Positions 9,728 to 17,795 are shown, numbered from the stretch's first letter. The stretch: DNA of 22,117 bases from Bdellovibrionota bacterium FG-2 (GCA_051382305.1 JBBCAV010000108.1:1-22117), one strand, 5' to 3'. Notes: generated from the letters alone by a model not told the origin. Numbers and translations are program-made.

Positions 9728-10039
9728 ATGAGCTTCAATCGCCTTACTGACATTTTAGATCTCCTAAAAAGACATTACCCAAGCCTGGCTAAACGAGTCA
9801 AAGAGGCCCAGGCACTCTCAAACTGGGACACCATCGTCGGCCCCCAAATCGCCAAGAACGCAAAACCCCTTCGCGTCGAAGACGCTGTGTTGTGGGTTGA
9901 GGTTCGTCACCCAATTTGGAGAATGGAACTCGGGCATCGCAAGAAACAGATCTTAGACAAACTCAACCAAGCGACCCAGGGGGAGAAACCCCTGTTAGAT
10001 TTGAAGTTTGTGGAATTAAGGTCGGACTTGAAAGATTAA
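9728..10039 (+). CDS. DUF721/DciA-family protein (replicative helicase loader-like)
   Basis: W..IVG..IA....P..V....L.V.V....W..EL...K..I...LN pattern typical of DUF721. Start placed at ATG 9728 to avoid overlapping lptE. Confidence 0.88.
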   Translation: MSFNRLTDILDLLKRHYPSLAKRVKEAQALSNWDTIVGPQIAKNAKPLRVEDAVLWVEVRHPIWRMELGHRKKQILDKLNQATQGEKPLLDLKFVELRSDLKD

Positions 10040-10494
10040 TTCGTCAACATCAAAAACACTTTATACAAGCTCCACAAAATCACGCCCAGCAACAAAACTG
10101 TTGCTACGCGAAACAAAGAAGCCTGCTCGACTTTTCCCAAAAAAGAAGGCATCCCCGGGACCGGTTTTGCCCACTGAACGGCGGTTTCGTCCATTTTCGG
10201 GTCGCGCTCGAAAGCCCGCTCGGCGAGGGCGGACACAGTCAGATCGCTTTCCGTGATCTCTTCATCTGCCTCGGCGCCCTCTGGCACAAACGGGCGCTTC
10301 TTGGGCAACTCCACGCCGAGCAGTTTGTGAATCTCTGCGCGCTCATGCAAACCGACCCAGTAGCCCAAAGTGGGGCAGACCTCGTCTTGAATATCCAGGG
10401 CCCCTTGTTCAATCATCCGAACGAGATCGCCTTTTTCGAAAGGACCTAAGATCTGATTCTTAAAAGTGCGAACGAGCCACAAATCAGTGGTCAT
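10036..10494 (-). CDS. Hypothetical membrane-anchored protein with N-terminal GYF-like domain
   Basis: WLVR...QILGPF....L..MI..G.L...DEVC....YW resembles the bacterial GYF pattern; acidic linker; single C-terminal TM helix. ATG 10494 overlaps the upstream stop (ATGA). Confidence 0.7.
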   Translation of the reverse strand: MTTDLWLVRTFKNQILGPFEKGDLVRMIEQGALDIQDEVCPTLGYWVGLHERAEIHKLLGVELPKKRPFVPEGAEADEEITESDLTVSALAERAFERDPKMDETAVQWAKPVPGMPSFLGKVEQASLFRVATVLLLGVILWSLYKVFLMLTN

Positions 10495-11294
10495 GCTTTT
10501 GCGGGCTCCTGAAACACAGACCAAGCGCGCTCTTCGGCTTGGAGAAAACCTTGAATCGCTTCATGCTTGGATTTGCGAAGTTCGGCCGGAGTCCCCCAAA
10601 AAACAATTTCGCCTTCGTTTAGAAAAGCGATTTGATCGGCGAGCAAAAGGGCCGAAGGAATATCATGACTAATCACGATTGAAGTAAGTGTGAGCTCCCG
10701 CTTAAGCGTTTCAATGAGTTCATCCACAGTTTTTCGAGTTACCGGATCAAGCCCCGTCGTAGGCTCATCATACAAAAGAATGGAAGGTTCCCGAATGATC
10801 GCACGAGCGAGGCCTACCCTCTTTCGCATTCCTCCGGAAAGTTCATTAGGGTATTTGTCAAATCCAGAGACAAACCCCAAAATACCAAGTGTTTTTTTGA
10901 CCTTTTCTTCAATGACTTCTTCCGACATCTTCGTATGCTCCCAAAGTGGGAACGCCACATTTTCAAAAACGGTCATGTCATCAAAAAGGGCAGCGTTTTG
11001 AAAAAGAATCCCAAACACCTTTCGATGATTTGCCAGCGCCTCGCCCTCGAGCGTACTCATATTTTTGCCCGCCACCCAAACCTCGCCCGAATCGGGCTTG
11101 AGAAGTCCCATGATATGTTTGAGCATCACCGACTTGCCCGCCCCAGAAGAACCCAGGATGTAGGTAAGCTTTCCGACTGGAAAATCTAGACTCACCCCAC
11201 GAAGGACTTGATCCTTGCCTTCTCGAAAACTTTTGAAAACCTTTTCAAGACGAACGGTAGGAGGATGTTCTGGAGTGTGGGCTGCATCAGTCAT
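10491..11294 (-). CDS. ABC ATPase, MlaF/Ttg2A-like
   Basis: GSSGAGKS, LFQNAALFDDMTVFENVAFPL, LSGGMRKRVGLARA, LLYDEPTTGLDP, ISHD. Confidence 0.9.
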   Translation of the reverse strand: MTDAAHTPEHPPTVRLEKVFKSFREGKDQVLRGVSLDFPVGKLTYILGSSGAGKSVMLKHIMGLLKPDSGEVWVAGKNMSTLEGEALANHRKVFGILFQNAALFDDMTVFENVAFPLWEHTKMSEEVIEEKVKKTLGILGFVSGFDKYPNELSGGMRKRVGLARAIIREPSILLYDEPTTGLDPVTRKTVDELIETLKRELTLTSIVISHDIPSALLLADQIAFLNEGEIVFWGTPAELRKSKHEAIQGFLQAEERAWSVFQEPAKA

Positions 11295-11318
11295 ACCTAT
11301 TTTGTACCTCTGGCCGGC

Positions 11319-13061
11319 TCACTGTGCAAGCAGAGCGTTTTCATAGCAAAGCCTTGTCGCTCTAATCATCCGGGCCAAGGCAGCCTGACGATGTTCGGAG
11401 GAACGCAAAGTCGAAGCATTGAGCATCACAATCAAGCCCAAAAGTGCAGGCTCCTTACCCGCATCAGAATAGCCCACCACCGCCCACGTCTCTGAGCGAA
11501 AAACTCCTAGCCGCTGTGAGAGCATGCGAGTCAAAGGAGGATATTCCGAGAACGCCGCAATTTTCCCATCTAACTCACTTTTTGAAATCCGCTCAAAAGC
11601 TTCCTCAGTCACGGGGACCGACATCGCCGCTGGCGACTCGCCTTTTGGAAACCCTGCATAGGTTTGTAAAATGGCCGCTTTGACCCCCGGATGATAAACA
11701 AAAAACAGGGACCGACATTCCAAAAGCTCACTCACTGCTAATGTTAGTCGATGCGCCACGCGTCGAGGTTCTCTTATCTCTCCCGATTCAAGTTCAAAAC
11801 GAGCCAAGATAACCCGCTCGCGTTGCCGCTGCTTGGAACTGTCGGGATCCAACTGTAATTCCGAAATCAACGCGCGCTCGACGACCTGACATTCGGCCGC
11901 CGATTTGCCGTCATTTTCAGTCCTCACCTTTCGCCCGCTTGGAAGCTCTGCTATCGTATTATCCAACTCATCTAGCCCATGCGGATCCGCTTCGCCCCCA
12001 GGCTCTGCCCGCGCGGAAACCGGCTCCAAAATAAACAAATCGGCGAGGGAACGTGCCTCGTTGACCGCAAGTTCGGCCTTGGCTTTTCGTTCTTCGGTTT
12101 GCGCTTGGGCCAAAACAAGGCGTTTGAGTCGATTTCGTTTTACATGCGCACGAGCAAAAAGTCCTAATCCCAAAAGCGTGAGAAGGCCCCCTGCAAAACC
12201 TAGTTTACCGGCAAGAGGTCTAGAAAAATGAGGCGGTTTTAGAACTTGTTCTACGACCAAAGCCAAAGGCAAGTTCCCTACGCGCACCGAGGCCGCTAAA
12301 ACTTTCATTCCATCAATGGCTGAAGACTCTGTGGCCGCTGAAAAACCATCGCCTCGAGAAAAACTATCAAGCGTTACTTCCCTGAAAACAGGGGTCTCCG
12401 CAAAACCTGTCCCCGCATAGGACCCCAACGAATGAGCAAGCACCGTTCCATCTTTAGCAATGAGATACGCACGCAAATTAGCGGATTCTGGAGTTGAATT
12501 CCAACTCTTGAGGAAGGAAAAAACTGAAACGGGATTCACCAAAGCAAGCACGGCACTCTTCAAATGAGGGGCAGGAAAAGCAAACGCCAGCCACTCATTG
12601 GAGCGCAAAGCATCTTGCCTGATTCGAAGCACAGAAACGCCCTGGGATTTGATTTCGCTTACATTAAATTTTTCAGCGGCCGAAGCGAGATAGTAATCTT
12701 CAAATGTTCCCTGTGAAAGCAACGTACTTCCAGCGACCCAAGCGGGATTCTGAGCCAAAGCGAGGACTTGGACAAGCTTCTCTCGCCCCATTTCGACTTC
12801 CGCCCAGTGAAGAAGCGGTCCTTCTTTTAACTGGAAACGCCCCGAGTGCGCATCCGCACGATCCAAAACGGCGAGCGCACGAGTCTTAACCGTCTCCACT
12901 GCACTCCAGAAACTCGCAGACAAAATCCGAGTTTGGGCATTGAGTTGCTCGTGCTCTAACTGCAAAGTCTCTTGCGACTGACGCGCCTCGAAGATCCAAG
13001 CCACACCCGATAAAACACTCAAGAGTGCGACACATCCCATGGCTATGGAAATAGGTTTCAT
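11319..13061 (-). CDS. Two-TM membrane protein with a Cache-like extracytoplasmic region and a C-terminal GAF-like region
   Basis: TM1 (ISIAMGCVALLSVLSGVAWIF), Cache-like AYLIAKDGTVLAHS and KVLAASVRVGNLPLALVVEQ, TM2 (LGFAGGLLTLLGLGLFA) followed by a basic stop-transfer stretch, then GAF-like VSELLECRSLFFVY ... LLGLIVML. Start uncertain (13112, 13094 or 13061). Confidence 0.65.
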   Translation of the reverse strand: MKPISIAMGCVALLSVLSGVAWIFEARQSQETLQLEHEQLNAQTRILSASFWSAVETVKTRALAVLDRADAHSGRFQLKEGPLLHWAEVEMGREKLVQVLALAQNPAWVAGSTLLSQGTFEDYYLASAAEKFNVSEIKSQGVSVLRIRQDALRSNEWLAFAFPAPHLKSAVLALVNPVSVFSFLKSWNSTPESANLRAYLIAKDGTVLAHSLGSYAGTGFAETPVFREVTLDSFSRGDGFSAATESSAIDGMKVLAASVRVGNLPLALVVEQVLKPPHFSRPLAGKLGFAGGLLTLLGLGLFARAHVKRNRLKRLVLAQAQTEERKAKAELAVNEARSLADLFILEPVSARAEPGGEADPHGLDELDNTIAELPSGRKVRTENDGKSAAECQVVERALISELQLDPDSSKQRQRERVILARFELESGEIREPRRVAHRLTLAVSELLECRSLFFVYHPGVKAAILQTYAGFPKGESPAAMSVPVTEEAFERISKSELDGKIAAFSEYPPLTRMLSQRLGVFRSETWAVVGYSDAGKEPALLGLIVMLNASTLRSSEHRQAALARMIRATRLCYENALLAQ

Positions 13062-13158
13062 AATAACGCTTCTTTCAATAATGCTTCCTTGCATCTTGGG
13101 CACTTTTGGCATCCCCGTTTTTATGATATCACAGGAAACAAGAGGTCATAGAAAATCC

Positions 13159-14778
13159 ATGCTCAAAGCCCAAGTCCTTATTCTAGGAACCGGAATCGCG
13201 GGCCTTAGTGCAGCCCTAAAATTCGCCCGTCAAAAAACTAACGTTTTGCTCATCGCCAAAGCCGATATTGCCGAAGGCTCTACCCGCTACGCTCAGGGCG
13301 GCATCGCCTCTGTTTGGTCGAAAAAAGACAGTTTCGAGGCACACAAACAGGACACTCTCGTGGCGGGCGCGGGGCTATGTAACAAAGAAATCGTCAGGCT
13401 CGTCGTCCACGAAGGTCCCGCAGCCGTTCGTGAACTCATTGAGCTTGGAGTAAAGTTCACCAAAAACTCATCTCAAACCTTTGACCTGCACCGTGAAGGG
13501 GGTCACGGGCAAAGGCGTATTCTCCACGCGGATGACTTAACGGGTTGGGCCATCGAAAAAGCCTTGGTCGAACAAGTCAAACGCAGCCCCTATATCAAGG
13601 TGCTTGAACACCACGTGGGAATCGATCTGATTACTGAAGGGAAAATCCAAAAAAGAATACGAAGACATTCCTCACTCCCCGGCCGCTGTTTAGGCGCCTA
13701 TGTCTTGAACACCAAGACAGCAAAAGTTCTGACCTTAGCCTCAAATGCCACGGTGCTTGCCACGGGAGGCGCCGGAAAAGTGTACCTTTATACGACGAAC
13801 CCAGACACCGCTTCCGGAGACGGTATGGCCATGGCATTTCGAGCCGGCGCCCGCGTCGCAAATCTTGAGTTTTTTCAATTTCATCCCACTTGTCTTTTTC
13901 ATCCCTCCGCAAGAACGCTCCTCATCTCTGAAGCACTTAGGGGAGAAGGCGCAATTTTGAAGAATCTCGCAGGCGACCCGTTCATGGATCGCCATCACGC
14001 GATGGCCTCTTTGGCCCCTCGGGACATCGTTGCGCGAGCCATTGACATGGAGATGAAACGTACGGGCGATAAGCATGTGCACTTGGATGCCAGGCATCTA
14101 GGAGAAGAGAAGTTGCGCAAGCATTTTCCCAACATTTATAGCAGCTGTCTCGCGCTTGGCATTGATATTACGAAAGTCCCCATCCCCGTGGTACCCGCCG
14201 CGCACTATACGTGTGGCGGCGTCCTCACCGATGAAGATGGAAAAACAAACGTTGAAGGGCTCTATGCGATTGGAGAAGTCGCTTGTACCGGACTGCACGG
14301 CGCGAATCGGTTAGCGAGCAATTCGCTGCTTGAAGCAGTCGTTTTTGCGGAGCGTGTTTATCACCACCTCAAACCTCTGCTCAAAAATTCAAAACGAAAG
14401 CATCGCTCCAGCTCCTACTTGGCCGGAAAAATTCCACAGTGGGACACGGGACACGCCGTCGAGATCGAAGAGCAAATCGACATCGCAGCTAACTGGCATG
14501 AGATCAGAACGCTCATGTGGAATTTCGTCGGGATCGTCCGCTCTACTCGCCGCCTCTCCAGCGCTAGGCGCCGCTTGGATCTGATTCAAAACGAAGTCAA
14601 CTCCTACTACTGGAACTACCTACCCTCAAAAGATCTCGTGGAGCTTCGAAATCTCATCACCGTGGCAAGCCTCATCGTTCAAAGCGCACAAACGCGCAAA
14701 GAGAGCCGAGGCCTGCACTACACCGTGGATTATCCTGCGCGGGATGATAAGAATTTTGGACGGGATACGGTGATGTAA
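13159..14778 (+). CDS. nadB: L-aspartate oxidase
   Basis: VLILGTGIAG, YAQGGI, EGGH..RRILH, QFHPT, SEALRGEG, LAPRDIVAR, HYTCGG, HGANRLASNSLLE, ESRGLH. Start placed at ATG 13159 (MLKAQV). Confidence 0.97.
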   Translation: MLKAQVLILGTGIAGLSAALKFARQKTNVLLIAKADIAEGSTRYAQGGIASVWSKKDSFEAHKQDTLVAGAGLCNKEIVRLVVHEGPAAVRELIELGVKFTKNSSQTFDLHREGGHGQRRILHADDLTGWAIEKALVEQVKRSPYIKVLEHHVGIDLITEGKIQKRIRRHSSLPGRCLGAYVLNTKTAKVLTLASNATVLATGGAGKVYLYTTNPDTASGDGMAMAFRAGARVANLEFFQFHPTCLFHPSARTLLISEALRGEGAILKNLAGDPFMDRHHAMASLAPRDIVARAIDMEMKRTGDKHVHLDARHLGEEKLRKHFPNIYSSCLALGIDITKVPIPVVPAAHYTCGGVLTDEDGKTNVEGLYAIGEVACTGLHGANRLASNSLLEAVVFAERVYHHLKPLLKNSKRKHRSSSYLAGKIPQWDTGHAVEIEEQIDIAANWHEIRTLMWNFVGIVRSTRRLSSARRRLDLIQNEVNSYYWNYLPSKDLVELRNLITVASLIVQSAQTRKESRGLHYTVDYPARDDKNFGRDTVM

Positions 14779-14780
14779 CT

Positions 14781-14984
14781 CGCAAAATCGTAGCGTCCAC
14801 AGTCAAGGATCTAAAAAAGCATCACGAGACCGTGCCCGAACCGATTGCCACAAAGAAGTTCAGCGGAAAATTCTTAGTCCGCGTGCCGCCAGAAGTACAT
14901 CGTAAGCTCGCCATCGAAGCCGATGAAGCCCACATAAGCTTCAACCGCCTGGTGAGCGCAAAACCCGCCGCAGGGGCAGGATGA
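14781..14984 (+). pseudogene. 5'-truncated HicB-family antitoxin (C-terminal ribbon-helix-helix part)
   Basis: Hand translation: RKIVASTVKDLKKHHETVPEPIATKKFSGKFLVRVPPEVHRKLAIEADEAHISFNRLVSAKPAAGAG*. This matches the HicB C-terminal pattern PEP...K.SGKF.VR.PPE.HR.LA.EA....S.N. No ATG back to the in-frame TAA at 14748. Confidence 0.8.
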
Positions 14985-14987
14985 TGG

Positions 14988-15320
14988 CTAATTGCAGACA
15001 ATCGTATCGGTTGTTCCAGCTTTTGGCCCACAGGTCTTGGCTGCGGGACGAACATAGTAGTGCATCTCTGAATTGGTCTTTCCAGGCATTTTACTAATAT
15101 AATAGTCGCATCCGCCCGCACCAGTAGCCGTGAACTCAAGAACAAAATCAGGATAAGTGTGCGATGCAACCTGCCCGTTACTGACCCAACCTCTGGGCGC
15201 CTTCCAAGTTACATCATATGTGATCGTGGGAGGACATTTATATTCGGTATTTCTCGTGGCCGCATATGAAGCCGTAGAAAACACTCCAGACAAAACCAAA
15301 ACCGTTAATAGTAGTTTCAT
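14988..15320 (-). CDS. Small secreted hypothetical protein, 4 Cys (110 aa)
   Basis: Sec signal MKLLLTVLVLSGVFSTASYA; SD-like AAGGGGG upstream of ATG 15320; four Cys in the mature part. Confidence 0.75.
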   Translation of the reverse strand: MKLLLTVLVLSGVFSTASYAATRNTEYKCPPTITYDVTWKAPRGWVSNGQVASHTYPDFVLEFTATGAGGCDYYISKMPGKTNSEMHYYVRPAAKTCGPKAGTTDTIVCN

Positions 15321-15370
15321 GAATTTCCCCCTTTTGATAAAATTGATGCCCCACACCCAACAGGCCTTTA

Positions 15371-15400
15371 ATTATGGGGGGGGGGGAGATTTGCAAACAA
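15371..15400 (-). promoter_or_regulatory. Putative sigma70 promoter with a poly-C(11) tract in the spacer
   Basis: Minus strand reads TTGTTTGCAA-ATCT-C11-ATAAT. The -10-like CATAAT is at 15376-15371; the G11 run on the plus strand is 15376-15386. Confidence 0.45.
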
Positions 15401-15439
15401 AAAAATCAAAGTAGATTTCCTGCAGAACAGCGATTTTAA

Positions 15440-16099
15440 TTAGCCCGGTGAGACTCGGGTGTCGTGGCCGGTGTCCAAAGTTACGTCTGGCCAGTTATTG
15501 AGGGCGAGAATATGAACTGCGTCGTACTCATTTTTGAGAAAATATTTGCCGACGCCGATTAGATTTTTACCCCAAGTCACAATGCGCGACCAGGCGAGAT
15601 AATCCCAGAATCGCCGTTTATCCTCTTCATTTTTCTGAGACTTATGTATAGGCGAATTCAAGGGTCGCCCTTTCTCAGCGCCGGTCACAACGCGCGCGAC
15701 GAGCCCGCCCACCTCTCGCAAAAAGGCACGCAGGGCCGGCCGAGCTTGGATCATGCGCCGAGCTTTTGTCTGAAGCAGGAGATGCAAATGGTTTCCCACA
15801 CATACATATCTCTTAATCACGATTCCCTGTCTTTTAGCTGCATTATAGACAATGTTTTTGATAATGCGCGCGCGTTTTGGGTGAAGCATAGAGCGCTCCT
15901 CAACCGCTATTGATGAACGCATCGTGATGTGCAGGGGTTTGCCGGGATCGAAAGGGCGCGCGGTTTTACGACGGCCCGATTTGGCGTACGCTTCTCCACC
16001 ATGTTCTTTAGCAGCTTTTCCAGTCTTGAGACCCCGAAGTGGCAGCGCTAGCTGTACAGCTCTGGGTTTTGCGGTCGTCCTTTTACTTATCTTTTCCAC
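15440..16099 (-). CDS. HUH/Y1 endonuclease (RAYT / IS200-TnpA-like transposase)
   Basis: PLHITMR strand, HUH motif VGNHLHLLL, FW...W.R.V, and a candidate catalytic Tyr in GKYFLKN. Basic N-terminal arm (HGG...GRRKTARPF). GTG start. Confidence 0.85.
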   Translation of the reverse strand: MEKISKRTTAKPRAVQLALPLRGLKTGKAAKEHGGEAYAKSGRRKTARPFDPGKPLHITMRSSIAVEERSMLHPKRARIIKNIVYNAAKRQGIVIKRYVCVGNHLHLLLQTKARRMIQARPALRAFLREVGGLVARVVTGAEKGRPLNSPIHKSQKNEEDKRRFWDYLAWSRIVTWGKNLIGVGKYFLKNEYDAVHILALNNWPDVTLDTGHDTRVSPG

Positions 16100-16151
16100 G
16101 ATGCCTATTTATGTCACGGGCAATGTCATTGCAAGCAAATATTTTCTGGCA

Positions 16152-16229
16152 CAGGGTCCGGACCTGGTACATGGTTTACACTTTTTGGGCTCATAATCGG
16201 CCATAGGAGGACAGACCTCTGCCGTGGCT
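16152..16229. repeat. Short palindromes/hairpins upstream of the HUH gene
   Basis: Perfect palindrome GGTCCGGACC at 16155-16164. GAGG-ACAGA-CCTC at 16207-16219 sits inside a longer imperfect stem (GGCCAT 16199-16204 / GTGGCT 16224-16229). Confidence 0.55.
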
Positions 16230-16274
16230 GACGCGCCATAGCTGAATGCCGCACTGGAGGTGGAGGGCAACTAC

Positions 16275-16853
16275 TTAAACCCCCGCTGGACTTACGTCCG
16301 CTGCCCTCACCTCACCAATCGTAAGCAACCGCAAAAATTTAACCCCCGCCGATTCAATCGCAATACGCCCTGGCTGTTCCCGATCCACAACCGTGAGCGC
16401 TGCAATCGGCGAAAAACCAGAATCTCGGAGTCTTTCGATGGCGCGCAGACTCGATGCGCCGGTCGTCACCACATCCTCCAAGACAAGCAAGCGTGCGCCT
16501 ACCTTCAAATTCTCACTCCCCTCAATGTAACGAGAGGTCCCATGCCCTTTGGGCTCTTTTCGGACAATGAAAGCCGGCCAAAATAAACCGCGTTTACGCG
16601 CTTCCAAAGAGAGCGCCGTTGCCAACGGATCCGCGCCTAGCGTAAGCCCGCCAACGCCTTCCAACTCCATCCCCTTCTCTAAAATAAGATCGCACGCGAT
16701 CTCCGCAATCAGAGCCGCGCCCTCGGGATGTAAAGTCGTGGCTTTGAGATCAACATAAAGGGAACTCTTCAGACCCGAAGACAATACGAATTCGCCCTCA
16801 TGATAACTCAGTTTCCGAATAAGGTGCGCTAGCTGATGTGTTTTTGAATCCAT
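16275..16853 (-). CDS. pyrE: Orotate phosphoribosyltransferase
   Basis: GEFVLSSGLKSSLYVD, GGLTLGADP, VRKEPKGHGT, PRPP-binding VLEDVVTTGAS, VVDRE. Confidence 0.96.
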   Translation of the reverse strand: MDSKTHQLAHLIRKLSYHEGEFVLSSGLKSSLYVDLKATTLHPEGAALIAEIACDLILEKGMELEGVGGLTLGADPLATALSLEARKRGLFWPAFIVRKEPKGHGTSRYIEGSENLKVGARLLVLEDVVTTGASSLRAIERLRDSGFSPIAALTVVDREQPGRIAIESAGVKFLRLLTIGEVRAADVSPAGV

Positions 16854-17794
16854 ACCTTCAAATCCTCAAAAGCAAGTTCTTTGCCCACTTCATTAAAAGG
16901 CTCGTGATAAAATCCAGGAAGCTGCTTGAGCATCTTGTCTTCTAGTTCCAGCGCTTTGAAAAAGTCACAGGTTTTCGCAGGATCCACAATCTTGTCATCC
17001 ATTGAGACGAGAACCAAAAGCGGATACTTGAAGCCCGTTTTTCTCTGCGCCGTCTCCGCAAGTGAGCTTCGCATTTCCGCAAAAAGTCTAGGCGTCACTT
17101 TGCGATGAACTAACCTGTCCGAGGTATAGGCCTCTGCAACGGCCGGATCATGGGACAACTCATCCGGATTTACTTCAGAAGTAAAATGAACCGAGCCCCA
17201 AATTCGAGAGAGTGCAAGCGCGACCCCCTTTTTAATCACCGGAATTTCGACCTTCATCCCCAGCAATGGACACGAAACGGCGGCCGAGCGAATGGGGAGA
17301 TCAGAATTCAAAAACAAAGTCTTCAGCACGACTAGGCCACCCAAACTATGACCCAAGATATGAATCTCGGAGCGCCCGAATCGCCGTTTGAGACTCTCAT
17401 CCAATCGTTTCACCGTGACAGCGACGTCCTCAACATACTGATCAAAGCAATCCACATGACCCCGTGAACCCTCACTCCGACCATGCCCTCTGAGATCCAA
17501 CGTGCAAACAGCATCCACGCAAGAGGACAAATAGTGAGGAAAATGCAAATAACGTCCGCCGTGCTCGCCGAGTCCGTGAATGACTAACAAAACTCGCCCT
17601 GAATCCCAATTGGCCGGATGATGGGTCACCGTGAAGAGCTGTACTTTCCCATCTTGACTAGGAAACGTTTCCCACTCCGAACGCCACCCTGAAGGCAGGC
17701 CCGGAAAACCCTTGGGCCGAACAGAGCCAAGATCCGCGACATTTTGCTGTTTGTCTGAGACGAGATGAACAGGGGCTGCTTCGTTACTTAACAT
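16829..17794 (-). CDS. Alpha/beta hydrolase, lysophospholipase/monoacylglycerol lipase type
   Basis: HGLGEHGGRY, DLRGHGRSEG.RGH, nucleophile GHSLGG, D.IVD, YHE. Start placed at ATG 17794 just after the upstream stop. Confidence 0.92.
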   Translation of the reverse strand: MLSNEAAPVHLVSDKQQNVADLGSVRPKGFPGLPSGWRSEWETFPSQDGKVQLFTVTHHPANWDSGRVLLVIHGLGEHGGRYLHFPHYLSSCVDAVCTLDLRGHGRSEGSRGHVDCFDQYVEDVAVTVKRLDESLKRRFGRSEIHILGHSLGGLVVLKTLFLNSDLPIRSAAVSCPLLGMKVEIPVIKKGVALALSRIWGSVHFTSEVNPDELSHDPAVAEAYTSDRLVHRKVTPRLFAEMRSSLAETAQRKTGFKYPLLVLVSMDDKIVDPAKTCDFFKALELEDKMLKQLPGFYHEPFNEVGKELAFEDLKVWIQKHIS

Positions 17795-17795
17795 A

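Noticed and set aside
9079-10449. Long plus-strand ORFs 9079-9666 and 9916-10449
   Set aside because: Antisense to lptE and the GYF-like gene, with no recognisable motifs.
13039-13158. 40-aa N-terminal extension of nadB
   Set aside because: Overlaps the divergent sensor gene; the FAD-binding motif begins right after ATG 13159.
14822-15169. 115-aa minus-strand ORF
   Set aside because: Its 3' half is the antisense shadow of the HicB remnant and its 5' half overlaps the secreted gene in another frame.
16233-16274. GCGCCATAGCTGAATG resembling a tRNA 5' end
   Set aside because: No TTCGA T-loop, no acceptor-stem partner and no CCA.
16245-16274. GTAG right after the pyrE stop as a classical GTAG-type REP
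   Set aside because: Only a ~4-bp stem follows, and there is no second copy in the window.
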